A stretch of 64,000 nucleotides of DNA, taken from contig CAVUWA010000010.1 in the NCBI GenBank assembly GCA_963744995.1, forward strand, positions 1-64,000, given 5' to 3'. The notes beneath the pieces are model-generated. The model was not told the DNA's origin and did no database searches. It saw only the letters and a list, made by a program, of their open reading frames with translations. The position numbers were made by a program, and so were the translations under genes. Shown here piece by piece: positions 51,542 to 61,321 of this stretch. The DNA comes from Candidatus Eiseniibacteriota bacterium. Lineage in GTDB: Bacteria; Eisenbacteria; RBG-16-71-46. Every line of letters begins with the position of its first letter. Within the stretch, counting starts at the first letter, position 1.

Positions 51542-51970
51542 TCAGCCGATCTCGACCAGCTCGACTTCGAACGTGAGCGGTTGTCCGGCGAGCGGGTGGT
51601 TGGCGTCGATCGTCACGCCTTCCTCGCTGACCTCGGTCACCGTGATGCGCAGCGACTGGCCGTCCTGACGTTCCATCATCAACTGCTGACCGACTTCGGG
51701 CTTGAGCTCCGGGGGAAAGTGCTCGTGCGAGACCTGCATGACCATCTCCTGATGCCGCGGCCCGTAGGCGTCTTCCACCGGAATCTCGCCGCTGCGCGAC
51801 TCGCCGACCGCCATTCCGCGCACCAGCCGTTCGAAGCCCGGGATGATCTCACCGGCCCCCATCTTGAACTCCAGCGGGGCCCGGTCGAGGGAGCTGTCGA
51901 AGACGCTGCCGTCCTTCAATTTGCCCGTGTAGTGCACTTTGACGGTATCGCCGTCTTTCGCCTGCGCCAT
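51542..51970 (-). CDS. FKBP-type peptidyl-prolyl isomerase (SlyD/SlpA-like, no His tail)
   Basis: VHYTGKL.DG.VFDSS, AYG, DANHPLAG motifs. Confidence 0.93.
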   Translation of the reverse strand: MAQAKDGDTVKVHYTGKLKDGSVFDSSLDRAPLEFKMGAGEIIPGFERLVRGMAVGESRSGEIPVEDAYGPRHQEMVMQVSHEHFPPELKPEVGQQLMMERQDGQSLRITVTEVSEEGVTIDANHPLAGQPLTFEVELVEIG

Positions 51971-52115
51971 CGAAATCGCCTCCTGGAAACATGATCCGTG
52001 CGCCGCACGACGGGCGCGGCGCGCTGCTCCCCCATATGCCCATACCCGCCCGCCGCCTGCAACCCCGGATGGAAGGAATTGTCAGCGCGCGGGGTTGCCC
52101 CTATCGTGGCGCGCC

Positions 52116-52523
52116 ATGGAGCGCCGCAGATTCCCACGGGACGTGGCCGCCCTCGCGCGGATCCACGAATGGACGGTGGAATTCCTTGGCGGACAGGGGC
52201 TCGACGCGGACAGTGCGTTCGAGATCGATCTGCTCATCGAGGAGCTGTTCACCAACATGGTGAAATACAACCGCGGCGGCTCCGAGGACATCGAGATCGG
52301 GCTCTCGGCCACGGGGCCGGTGGTGACGATCCTGGTCCGCGACTTCGACGTCGAGTCGTTCGACGTCACTCAGGCTCCCGAGGTCGACCCCGACATGCCG
52401 ATGGAGCAACGCCGGCGCGGCGGACTCGGCCTCCATTTCGTCCGCCAGATGGCGGACACCATCCGGTACGACTACACGGACCGCAACAGCACCGTGACGG
52501 TCACCAAACGACTGGAGTCGTGA
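52116..52523 (+). CDS. RsbW-like anti-sigma/Ser kinase (HATPase_c)
   Basis: EELFTNMVKY N-box, D...FD, GGLGLHFVRQMAD. Confidence 0.88.
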   Translation: MERRRFPRDVAALARIHEWTVEFLGGQGLDADSAFEIDLLIEELFTNMVKYNRGGSEDIEIGLSATGPVVTILVRDFDVESFDVTQAPEVDPDMPMEQRRRGGLGLHFVRQMADTIRYDYTDRNSTVTVTKRLES

Positions 52524-52807
52524 TGTTCGAGATCGAAATCGGCGACCAGGGACACATTCTGCTGCGGGGGCGCCTCGACGCCTCCGAGGCGGAGAAGGCG
52601 ATCGGGATCCTGCGGGGGATGCCCGGGCCGATCATCGCCGACTGCTCGGGACTGGAGTACATCTCGAGCGCCGGGATCGGCGTGCTGGTAGAGACCCACA
52701 AGCGGCTGCTGGACTCCGGTCAGGCGCTGAAGCTCACGAATCTGACGCCCCGGGTCCGTAACGTGTTCACCTATGCCGGATTGCATAAGTTTTTGGTGAT
52801 CGAATAA
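52523..52807 (+). CDS. STAS-domain anti-anti-sigma factor (RsbV-like)
   Basis: GRLD, DCSGLEYISSAGIG with phosphoacceptor Ser; TGATG overlap. Confidence 0.9.
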   Translation: MFEIEIGDQGHILLRGRLDASEAEKAIGILRGMPGPIIADCSGLEYISSAGIGVLVETHKRLLDSGQALKLTNLTPRVRNVFTYAGLHKFLVIE

Positions 52808-53000
52808 GCCTCCGTTTCCCGCCCGGCTCTACTTTCGGTTGTGCCCTCCACCGCTTCCGGCGGTATGGTGATGGACCCCGGCCGCCGCACCCAGATCTCC
52901 CTGCCCATCCCACGCGAAGGTCTTCGCGCATGGCGGCTTGCCATGCCGTGACGACTCGACCGCACTTTGCGACCAACTTTTGAGGCTGGTCCCTGTACGT

Positions 53001-53546
53001 ATGGATGAGAGGCAAGAGATCCAGTTGATCGAGCAGGCCCAGCGCGGCGACGCGCGGGCCTTCGGGAAGCTGGCCCTGGAATACCAGCGGGTGCTGTTCA
53101 ACCTCGCGCTGCGGATGACGCGCAACCGCGAGGACGCCCGCGACCTGACCCAGGCGGTCTTCCTCAAGGCGTACCGCGGTCTCGGCGGGTTCGATTCCCG
53201 GCGGCGCCTGTACAGCTGGCTCTACCGGATCATGCTGAACGAGGGACTGAACTTGCTGAATGCGCGGCGCGTCCAGGAACCGATCTCCGATCAAATGGCC
53301 GCCCGCGATGCCGCACCGGAGGACGCCTACGAAAGCAGGGCGCTCGAGCAGACGGTCGACGCGGCGCTATTGGAACTGAACGTGGAGCAGCGACAGGTGA
53401 TCATTCTCAGACACTTCCTGCATCTGTCCTACGAGGAGATGGGCGACGTGCTGGAGATCCCAGCCAGGACCGTGAAATCGCGCCTGTTCACCGCGCGGCA
53501 GTCGCTCGCCCCGATCCTCGAACGACTGGGAGCTTCCCCGGCATGA
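53001..53546 (+). CDS. ECF sigma factor
   Basis: Region 2 DARDLTQAVFLKAY...SWLYRIMLN; region 4 LSYEEMGDVLEIPARTVKSRL. Confidence 0.93.
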   Translation: MDERQEIQLIEQAQRGDARAFGKLALEYQRVLFNLALRMTRNREDARDLTQAVFLKAYRGLGGFDSRRRLYSWLYRIMLNEGLNLLNARRVQEPISDQMAARDAAPEDAYESRALEQTVDAALLELNVEQRQVIILRHFLHLSYEEMGDVLEIPARTVKSRLFTARQSLAPILERLGASPA

Positions 53547-54313
53547 CCCATGGGTCGATCGATCAGCTCATGCACGACGTGCTCGACGGCGTCGCCGACA
53601 CCGACACCCGCGCCCGTCTTGAAGCGGAGCTCGCCGCCGATCCGGCGCTGCGCGAGCGGTTCGAGACGTTGAAGCGGATGTTCGAGACGCTGGAGCGCAT
53701 CCCGATGCACGAGGCACCCGCCGATCTGCACGAGGGCCTCATGCACCGCATCGCCGCCGCAACGGATCGTCCGCGTGTCCGGGCATGGCTGGGGGCGTTC
53801 GCGGACATGTTCCGCTCCCGCCCGGTGCCCGCGTTCGCGATGTCCGTGGTAACGATCGCCGCGCTGGCGCTGGTGCTGTGGACCGGCATCCAGCAGCACG
53901 CTCCGGTGATGCCCGATGCGACGCTGCCGGTGACCGGCACGATGGCGCCGGTGGCGCCGGCGCGCGAAGCCCTGCTCGAGAGCGGCGACACCCGCATCAC
54001 GGTGCGGACGGCACGCGACGCCGGCGCCCTGACGGTACGGATCGAAGGTGCGGCCCCCTCGGGCGCATCGCTCGATGTCGGCGCCGGCGCGAATGCGGTT
54101 CCGACCCCCGTGCTCGAGGGCCGCGGCGCCGAACTCGCTACGGCGGGCGTCGAGGCCGGACAGACCGGGATCCGTCTCACCGGCGGCGTCGACGCGTCGC
54201 TCATCTTTGCCGGCTGGCCCGCGGCGGCCGGCACGATCGAAGTCAGGCTCACGACCGCCGCAGGCGCCGTGAACCGCACGTTGACGACGGGACCTGGACG
54301 CAACGGTCCCTGA
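53543..54313 (+). CDS. Putative transmembrane anti-sigma factor
   Basis: ATGA overlap with the sigma gene; N-terminal helical domain (LMHDVLDG), one TM, periplasmic beta-rich domain. Confidence 0.75.
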   Translation: MTHGSIDQLMHDVLDGVADTDTRARLEAELAADPALRERFETLKRMFETLERIPMHEAPADLHEGLMHRIAAATDRPRVRAWLGAFADMFRSRPVPAFAMSVVTIAALALVLWTGIQQHAPVMPDATLPVTGTMAPVAPAREALLESGDTRITVRTARDAGALTVRIEGAAPSGASLDVGAGANAVPTPVLEGRGAELATAGVEAGQTGIRLTGGVDASLIFAGWPAAAGTIEVRLTTAAGAVNRTLTTGPGRNGP

Positions 54314-54423
54314 ACGAGCCACCCCGCGCCGGATCGAGCCACACCGGCGCAAACCACAGTTCCTGGCAGCACGCAGTCCCCAGAACCGGCGCACCGGGCA
54401 CCGGCCGCCACAGGAGGTCCAAG

Positions 54424-55752
54424 ATGAACAAGCGTCTCATCGTCACCCTGGGTACGCTCGTCGTCGCAGCAGGCATCGGCTTTATCGCGCTCCGGGGCTA
54501 TCCGCCCCAGAAGGGCGTCGAGGGCGCGATCGGCGCCGCGGATCGTTACTCGGCGAATCAGATCACGAGCAGCGACGTGACGCTCGAAGACGCGGACATC
54601 CAGGCGTTCGTGCAGAGCGACCTGTTCCACCAGATGCAGACGGATGCTTCGTTCCGCAAGCTCGTCACCGACCCGGCGTTCTCGAAGCTGGCCGCCGATC
54701 CGGGCTTCTCGAAGCTCGCCGCCGATCCCAACTTCATGAAGATGACCTCGGACCCCGGCTTCGCGAAGCTCGCCGCCGACCCGAACTTCATGAAGCTGGC
54801 CGCCGGCTACGCGCGCCTCACGAACGACCCCAGCTACGCGAAGCTCGCCGCCGACCCCGGGTACATGAAGCTCACGGCGGACCCGAATTACGCGAAGCTG
54901 GCCGCGGATCCCAACTTCTCGAAGCTCGCCGCGGATCCCGGTTACATGAAGCTCGCCGCCGATCCCGGCTTCTCGAAGCTCGCCGTCGATCCCAACTACA
55001 TGAAGCTCGCCGCGGACCCGGGCTACATGAAACTGGCCGCGGACCCGGGTTACATGAAGCTGGCGGCGGATCCGAACTTCATGAAGCTCGCCGCCGACCC
55101 CGGCTTCGCGAAGCTCGCCGCCGATCCCAACTTCTCGAAGCTGGTCGCCGGCCCGAATTTCTCGAAGCTCGCCGCCGACCCGAACTACGCCAAGCTCGCC
55201 GCCGACCCGGCGTTCTCGAAGCTGGCCGCCGATCCGAACTTCTCGAAGCTCGCGGCGGATCCCGGTTTCGCGAAGCTCGTCGCCGATCCCGCCTTCTCGA
55301 AGCTGGCGGCGGACCCGAACTTCATGAAGCTCGCCGCCGATCCGGGTTACATGAAGCTGGCCGCCGATCCGGGTTACGCGAAGCTCGCGGCTGATCCCGG
55401 CTATGCGAAGCTGGCGGCGGATCCGAATTTCATGAAGCTCGCCGCCGACCCCGGCTTCTCGAAGCTGGCCGCCGATCCGAACTTCATGAAGCTGACCGCC
55501 GATCCCGGCTTCTCGAAGATCGCGGCCGATCCGAACTACATGAAGCTGGCCGCCGATCCGAACTTCATGAAGCTCGCCGCCGACCCCGGCTTCTCGAAGC
55601 TCGCGGCCGACCCGAACTACATGAAGCTGGCCGCCGACCCGAACTTCATGAAGCTCGCCGCCGACCCGAACTTCTCGAAGCTCGCGGCCGACCCGGCGTT
55701 CTCGAAGCTCGCCGCGGCCGACGGCCTGGCGCACGCCGTCCTCAACCCGTAA
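54424..55752 (+). CDS. Membrane-anchored or secreted protein with 39 tandem 9-aa repeats (442 aa)
   Basis: AGGAGG RBS; hydrophobic N-terminus; 78-aa leader, then KLAADP[GNA][FY][SMA] repeats with synonymous codon variation. Confidence 0.9.
   Translation: MNKRLIVTLGTLVVAAGIGFIALRGYPPQKGVEGAIGAADRYSANQITSSDVTLEDADIQAFVQSDLFHQMQTDASFRKLVTDPAFSKLAADPGFSKLAADPNFMKMTSDPGFAKLAADPNFMKLAAGYARLTNDPSYAKLAADPGYMKLTADPNYAKLAADPNFSKLAADPGYMKLAADPGFSKLAVDPNYMKLAADPGYMKLAADPGYMKLAADPNFMKLAADPGFAKLAADPNFSKLVAGPNFSKLAADPNYAKLAADPAFSKLAADPNFSKLAADPGFAKLVADPAFSKLAADPNFMKLAADPGYMKLAADPGYAKLAADPGYAKLAADPNFMKLAADPGFSKLAADPNFMKLTADPGFSKIAADPNYMKLAADPNFMKLAADPGFSKLAADPNYMKLAADPNFMKLAADPNFSKLAADPAFSKLAAADGLAHAVLNP
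54658..55704 (+). repeat. Coding tandem repeat, 27-bp period (38 full units plus one 21-bp unit)
   Basis: Repeated aagct(c/g)gc(c/g)gc(c/g)ga(c/t)cc... units, counted from the translation. Confidence 0.95.
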
Positions 55753-55768
55753 AAACACCGGTTCTCCG

Positions 55769-55805
55769 ACCGCCCCGGCCTCCGTTCGAGGCCGGGGCGG
55801 TTTTC
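55769..55805 (+). terminator. Rho-independent terminator after the repeat-protein gene
   Basis: Stem accgccccggcctc / gaggccggggcggt with a 5-nt loop, followed by T residues. Confidence 0.85.
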
Positions 55806-55893
55806 GTTGCGGCGCCTCGAAGGGACTTCGCTATGATGCGGAGTCGCTTCGTCGCTGTAGAGCCTCACGATCCTTCCCGGAGGTGTCCCGCCC

Positions 55894-58887
55894 GTGACCT
55901 GCTCCACCGTGGCGCGCCGGCTGGCCAGCGGTCTCCTGCCGGCCCTGCTGGTGCTCGTGTGCATGGCGGGCCCCGCCCGCGCGCGCGCGGAGTTCCAGCA
56001 GATGGAAACCCGCGACATGCGGCTCTTCTACATCGGGCCGACGCAGGGGTTTCTCGCCCCCTACACGGCGCAGTGCTTCGAGCGCTCGATGCGCTTCTAT
56101 CGCGAGCAGTTCGACTTCACGCCCTCCGAACCGGTCAACGTGATCCTCACCGACGCCTCGGACTTCATGAACGCCTCGGTCGGCGTCACGCCGCGCGACC
56201 GCATGCTGGTCTACTTCGCGCCGGCCAACTTCGTCTACGAGACGAACCCCGCGAACGAGCGCATCAACTTCCTGATGAACCACGAGATGGCGCACGTGGT
56301 GACGCTCGACCGGCCGGCCGGATCGGACCGGCTGTTCCGCACGCTGTTCCACGGCAAGGTGGACGCCACCGACGCCCACCCCGAGACGATGGTGTACGGC
56401 TACCTCACCAATCCGCGCCGCGCGGCCTCGCGCTGGTACTGGGAAGGGCTGGCGGTGTTCATGGAGACGTGGATGTCCGGCGGCCTCGGCCGCGCCCAGG
56501 GCCCGTGGGACGAGATGGTGTTCCGCGCCATGGTGCAGGACAGCGCGCGCTTCTGGGACCCGCTCGGCCTCGAGTCCGAGGGGGTGAAGACCGACTTCCA
56601 GGCCAGCGTGAACTCGTACCTCTACGGCACGCGTTTCATCTGCTGGTGCGCCTGGACGTATGGCCCCAAACCCGTCAAGCAGTGGCTCGCGCGCCGGCCC
56701 GGCAGCCGCGCGTACTTCGCCTCCGACTTCGAGCGCCTGTTCCACAAGTCGCTCAACGACGCGTGGAGCGACTGGATCGCGTGGGAGCACGACTTCCAGC
56801 GCAGGAACCTCGAGGCGATCCACCAGTATCCGGTGACGACCGGCCGCGACCTGTCGCCGCGCGCGCTGGGCTCGGTGTCGCGCGCCTACGTGGATTCGGC
56901 CTCGCACGCGCTGATCGCCGCCGTGCTCTACCCGGGCGCCGTGGCGCACATCGCCTCGATCTCGCTCGACGACGGCTCGACGCGGCGCCTGCGCGAGGTG
57001 AAGGGCCCGGCGCTCTACTTCGTGAGCTCGCTGGCCTTCGATCCGGCCACGCGCCGGATCTTCTACACGACCGACAACGACTCGTGGCGCGACCTGGCGA
57101 GCTACGACCTCGCCACCGGGAAATCGAAGCGGCTGATTCGTGACGCGCGCGTCGGCGACCTGGTGTTCAACCGTGCCGACCGCTCGCTGCTCGGCGTGCG
57201 GCATTTCAACGGCATCTCGGCGGTCGTGCGGATCGACGAGCCGTGGACCAACTGGACGCTGCTCGCGGCGTTCCCCTACGGCACCGACGTCTACGATCTC
57301 GACGTCTCCCCCGACGGCCACACGCTGTCGGCATCGGTCGCCGAGATCAGCGGCCGGCAGACGCTGCGGCTCTACGACCTGACCTCGCTCGCCAGGGGCG
57401 ACACGACGTCGCGGACGCTGTACGACTTCGGCAGCTCGATCCCGCAGGCGTTCCAGTTCTCGCCCGACGGCCGCTACCTGTTCGGCAGCTCGTACTACAC
57501 CGGCGTCTCCAACATCTTCCGCTACGACCTCCAGGCCGACTCGATGGACGTCGTCACCAACGCCTCGACCGGCTACTTCCGGCCGATCCCGCTCGGCGGC
57601 GACTCGCTGATCGCGTTCCGTTACACCGGCGCAGGCTTCGTGCCGGCGATGCTGCACGCGCACCCGCTCACCGACGTCAGCGCGATCACGTTCTTCGGCG
57701 CGCAGATCGTGCGGAAGTACCCCGAGCTGCGCGGCTGGCGCGTGCCGCCGCCTTCTGTGGTGAAGCTGGATTCGGTGGTGCTCGCCAGGGGCCCCTACCA
57801 CCCGCTCGCAAGCGTGCGGCCGACCACCGTGTACCCGATCGTCGAGGCCTACAAGAACCGCACCGGACCGGGCCTGCAGCTCAACATCTCGGATCCGATC
57901 TTCCGCCACAGCGCCGACGTGTCGGTGAGCGTGACGCCCGACGACCACCTGCCGGCCGATGAGCGCGTGCACGTGACCGGCTCGTACCGCTACTACGAAT
58001 GGACGCTCAAGGGCCGCTACAACCCCGCTTCGTTCTACGACCTGTTCGGACCGACCAAGACCAGCCGCAAGGGCGTGAACGGCAGCCTGCGCTACGACCG
58101 CACGCTGATCCGCGACGCGCCGCGTACGCTCGACCTGTCCACCGGCATGGACGGCTGGACCGGACTCGAGCGGCTGCCCGACTACCAGAACGTCGCGACC
58201 TCGCCCGGCTTCGACAAGCTGCTGTCGTGGGACGCGTCGCTCGCGTTCAAGAACCTGCGCTCCTCGATCGGCGCTTCCGACTGGGAGAAGGGCGTCAAGG
58301 CCGGCTTGGAAGGCGGCGTCAACGGGGTGCGTTTCGTGCGCGCCGGACATGCCGCGTGGCGCGGCTACCCGTGGGCCGCGGCGACGTTCGATGCCGGCAC
58401 GCCGACGCCCGTGCGCAACGCGTCGATCTGGCTGCGCACCGCCGCCGGCGGCTCGCCGGGCGATCCGGCGGAGCCGTTCGCCAACTTCTATTTCGGTGGC
58501 TTCGGCAACAACTGGATCGACCACCAGGACCCAAAACGCTACCGGCAGTACACGAGCTTCCCTGGCGTCGGCCTCAATGAAGTCGGCGGCACCACGTTCG
58601 GCCGCGCGATGCTCGACCTGAACCTGCCCGCGCTGCGCTTCAGCCGCCTCGGCGCGATGCGTCTGTACGCGAGCTGGGCGCGCCTCTCGGTGTTCGGCGG
58701 CGCACTGGTCGCGAATCCCGACCGGGTCGAGCTCCGGCGTACGCTCGGCAACGTCGGCGCCCAGGCCGACATCCGCCTGCAGTTCCTCATCCACCAGCCG
58801 CTCACCCTGTCCTTCGGGTGGGCGCACGCGTTCGAGAAGCACCTCACGCACGACGACGAGTGGATGGCGTCGCTGAAGATCCTGTGA
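55894..58887 (+). CDS. Large outer-membrane protein: N-terminal HExxH (gluzincin-like) domain, TolB-like beta-propeller and probable C-terminal beta-barrel
   Basis: Signal peptide; HEMAH followed by WYWEGLA; SPDG propeller repeats; amphipathic C-terminal strands. Confidence 0.8.
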   Translation: MTCSTVARRLASGLLPALLVLVCMAGPARARAEFQQMETRDMRLFYIGPTQGFLAPYTAQCFERSMRFYREQFDFTPSEPVNVILTDASDFMNASVGVTPRDRMLVYFAPANFVYETNPANERINFLMNHEMAHVVTLDRPAGSDRLFRTLFHGKVDATDAHPETMVYGYLTNPRRAASRWYWEGLAVFMETWMSGGLGRAQGPWDEMVFRAMVQDSARFWDPLGLESEGVKTDFQASVNSYLYGTRFICWCAWTYGPKPVKQWLARRPGSRAYFASDFERLFHKSLNDAWSDWIAWEHDFQRRNLEAIHQYPVTTGRDLSPRALGSVSRAYVDSASHALIAAVLYPGAVAHIASISLDDGSTRRLREVKGPALYFVSSLAFDPATRRIFYTTDNDSWRDLASYDLATGKSKRLIRDARVGDLVFNRADRSLLGVRHFNGISAVVRIDEPWTNWTLLAAFPYGTDVYDLDVSPDGHTLSASVAEISGRQTLRLYDLTSLARGDTTSRTLYDFGSSIPQAFQFSPDGRYLFGSSYYTGVSNIFRYDLQADSMDVVTNASTGYFRPIPLGGDSLIAFRYTGAGFVPAMLHAHPLTDVSAITFFGAQIVRKYPELRGWRVPPPSVVKLDSVVLARGPYHPLASVRPTTVYPIVEAYKNRTGPGLQLNISDPIFRHSADVSVSVTPDDHLPADERVHVTGSYRYYEWTLKGRYNPASFYDLFGPTKTSRKGVNGSLRYDRTLIRDAPRTLDLSTGMDGWTGLERLPDYQNVATSPGFDKLLSWDASLAFKNLRSSIGASDWEKGVKAGLEGGVNGVRFVRAGHAAWRGYPWAAATFDAGTPTPVRNASIWLRTAAGGSPGDPAEPFANFYFGGFGNNWIDHQDPKRYRQYTSFPGVGLNEVGGTTFGRAMLDLNLPALRFSRLGAMRLYASWARLSVFGGALVANPDRVELRRTLGNVGAQADIRLQFLIHQPLTLSFGWAHAFEKHLTHDDEWMASLKIL

Positions 58888-59900
58888 GCCTCGGCCCCAC
58901 ACTGCTGCTGGGCTTCGTCCCGGTGCTGCTGTTCCTCGCCGGGCTGCTGTTCATGGACAGCTACAAGCTGGTGCGCCGCCACGAGGTGTTCCTCTCGCTG
59001 TGCGGCGGCGCCCTCGCGGCCATCCTGTCGCTCGCCGCCAACGTCGGCATCGTACAGTTCGGCGGCCTCGACCCCGAGCTGCTGCGCCGCTACGTCGCGC
59101 CGCTGGTGGAAGAGCTGCTGAAGGCGGCGATCGTCGTGTACCTGATCCGCCAGGAGAAGGTCGGCTTCATGGTGGACGCCGGCATCCACGGCTTCGCCCT
59201 CGGCACCGGCTTCGCGCTGATCGAGAACTTCTACTACGCGCTCTCGCTGGGCGCCGCCGATCCGCTGGTGTGGGTCGTGCGCGGCCTCGGCACGGCGGTC
59301 ATGCACGGCTCGGTCACCGCGATCGTCGGCATCGTGTCGAAGGACCTCACCGACCGCCACGAGTCGTTGAGCCTGCGCTGGTTCCTGCCGGGGTTCGCGA
59401 TCGCGTACCTCGTGCACGCGGCATACAACCACCTGCTGCTGAACCCGCTCTATTCGACCGCGATCCTGCTCGCGGTGATGCCGTCGCTGCTGCTGCTGGT
59501 GTTCGCGCGCAGCGAGAAGGCGACCCAGGACTGGCTCGGCACCGGCCTCGACAGCGACGTCGAGCTGCTCGAGGACATCCTGTCGGGCGAGGTCGTGCAC
59601 TCACGCGTCGGCGAGTACCTGAACGAGCTGCGCGAGCGCTTTTCGGGGCCGGTCGTCGCCGACATGCTGTGCCTGCTGCAGATCCACGTCGAGCTGTCGC
59701 TGCGCGCCAAAGGCATGCTGATCGCGCGCGCCGCGGGCGTCGAGCTCGAGGTCGACGAGGAGATCCGCGCCAACTTCGCCGAGATGAAGTACCTGGAGAA
59801 GGCGATCGGCGAGGTCGGCATGCTGGCGATCATGCCGCTGCGCCGCACAGGCAGCAGGGATCTCTGGCAGCTGACCATGCTGGAGAAGGGCGGGAAGTAG
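58884..59900 (+). CDS. prsW: PrsW family intramembrane glutamic/metalloprotease with C-terminal soluble extension
   Basis: APLVEELLK, GFALIENFYY, MH, HAAYN motifs; GTGA overlap with the upstream gene. Confidence 0.88.
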   Translation: MSLGPTLLLGFVPVLLFLAGLLFMDSYKLVRRHEVFLSLCGGALAAILSLAANVGIVQFGGLDPELLRRYVAPLVEELLKAAIVVYLIRQEKVGFMVDAGIHGFALGTGFALIENFYYALSLGAADPLVWVVRGLGTAVMHGSVTAIVGIVSKDLTDRHESLSLRWFLPGFAIAYLVHAAYNHLLLNPLYSTAILLAVMPSLLLLVFARSEKATQDWLGTGLDSDVELLEDILSGEVVHSRVGEYLNELRERFSGPVVADMLCLLQIHVELSLRAKGMLIARAAGVELEVDEEIRANFAEMKYLEKAIGEVGMLAIMPLRRTGSRDLWQLTMLEKGGK

Positions 59901-60623
59901 CGGGGGTGTGCGAAGGCGCCATCGCGCCGGCTCCAGGTCGCGTCGAACTCGAGCCCGCTCAGCCGCGTCAACAAGGACCGGGTCCTGCCGTCCCTTGCCG
60001 ACTCTCTGAGAACGGTCTGCAGTGCGGTCGGTATCGACAGCGCTGCGATCGGTTCGGAGCTCGAGCTGATCAGCTCGCGACTGCTCGCCGAGGACGAGAG
60101 CTGCTATACCTTCGACGATCAGTGTCCGCCAAACCGGGTGCTGACCAACGGGCGGCTGCGCTACGTCGATCTGGAGATGGGACGCTTCCGCCATCCGTTT
60201 GTGGATGGGGCGTATCCGATCATCGGCCACTTGCGCTGCATGGATGGGTTCCGGCTGCCGATGGGCGTCCAGGAGAAGATGCTCGACGCCTACCGCGGCG
60301 CACTGGCCGTGCACAATCCCGAGTTGGTCGATGACGAACGATTCGCCACGGATATGGTCAGTGCCTGCGCGGTTTGGCTCATCCGGCTGCTGCAGCCGAT
60401 GCCGCGGGCACTCGAGCGCGATCGCACCGTCGGCTACTTCGGCATCCGCAGCCGCCAGCGCATCCTGGCAAGCCTGGATGCGTTCCTTGGGTATGCCCCG
60501 GCCGCGAGAGTCCTGCCAGCTCTGACCCGGATGGCAGGGCGCATTGCCGACCACCTGCGCGACGCCTGGGCCGAAAGCGTGGCGCTGCCGAGCTTTTCGG
60601 TCCTCGCCGGCGATACCCACTGA
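59901..60623 (+). pseudogene. 5'-truncated APH/kinase-like gene remnant
   Basis: Frame is open from just after the prsW stop with no ATG upstream of the motif; D.CPPN...VDLEMG..RHPFVD resembles a phosphotransferase core. Confidence 0.5.
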
Positions 60624-60629
60624 GTGACG

Positions 60630-60880
60630 ACCTGGCCAGTCTCGTTTGCCGTGTCTTGGCTCGGGGCTACTCCGAACTTGCGCGGGCACTCGCGGCTGAA
60701 TTGGCTCGGGCTCTCGTACCCAACATCAAAGGCGGCAGCGGTAACCGAGGCACCGCCCGTCCTCAGGACTCGCCTTGCCTCAAGCAGGCGAAGCTCCTTT
60801 TGGTATTGCAGCGGCGTCGTTGAGGTGATCGTCTTGAAGTGTTTATGGAATGCCGATGCGCTCATTCCGAATGAGCGGAC
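60630..60880 (-). pseudogene. AraC-family HTH C-terminal remnant
   Basis: [27 protein letters not shown]...[17 protein letters not shown]-terminal domain absent. Confidence 0.75.
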
Positions 60881-60991
60881 CGTGAGGTGGATGTCTTGGT
60901 CCGTATCCGACCTTTCCACGCTCAGGAAGCCGCTGCTCTATTCATCTGGGCTACGGGGCCACAAGAGAGCGATGGGGTACCGTCTACGGGA

Positions 60992-61321
60992 CTACCGCCT
61001 CCGTCGCGCGGCCTTGGCGAACGCAAGGAAGTAGCGATCGAGCGATTCGGGCGTCGAACGGTACACGTTGTCTCCAACGAAGAAGTCGCACACGACTTCC
61101 CGGGCGCGGCACAGCTCTCTCCGGCGGCCCCGTAGCCGGGGGTCGGCGATCGTCAGGTCCATGAGCTCGAGGAACCGCTTCAGTGCGGAACGCTCTCGGG
61201 CAGCGTTTCCGCCGGCGCGCGCCCGAAGCGCTCGTGACACCTCGCTGCCTGCGTTCCCGAGCTGGTCCATCAGCGACATGGAATGCCACCGGCCGGCGAC
61301 AAGGTCGGAATGGATGGTCAT
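60992..61321 (-). CDS. Conserved hypothetical helical protein
   Basis: W..MSL.DQLGNAGSEVSRA pattern; ATGA-coupled to the upstream DUF5674 gene. Confidence 0.7.
   Translation of the reverse strand: MTIHSDLVAGRWHSMSLMDQLGNAGSEVSRALRARAGGNAARERSALKRFLELMDLTIADPRLRGRRRELCRAREVVCDFFVGDNVYRSTPESLDRYFLAFAKAARRRR

Noticed and set aside
54658..55704. 27-bp periodic array considered as a CRISPR or non-coding repeat
   Set aside because: No unique spacers or cas genes. Variation is concentrated at third codon positions within an open frame.
53563..55758. 731-aa minus-strand ORF with GGELREV repeats
   Set aside because: Antisense shadow of the repeat gene. The RBS, signal segment and terminator all support the + strand.
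4675..58902. Many long overlapping ORFs (e.g. 4675..7572, 12163..15021, 38590..41127, 40817..43387, 55831..58902)
   Set aside because: Arg/Ala/Gly/Pro-rich alternate-frame or antisense ORFs typical of high-GC DNA, overlapping genes with clear family motifs.
59759..59770. ggagatccgcgc match to the att-like core inside prsW
   Set aside because: Short GC-rich match within coding sequence (EEIRA); expected by chance.
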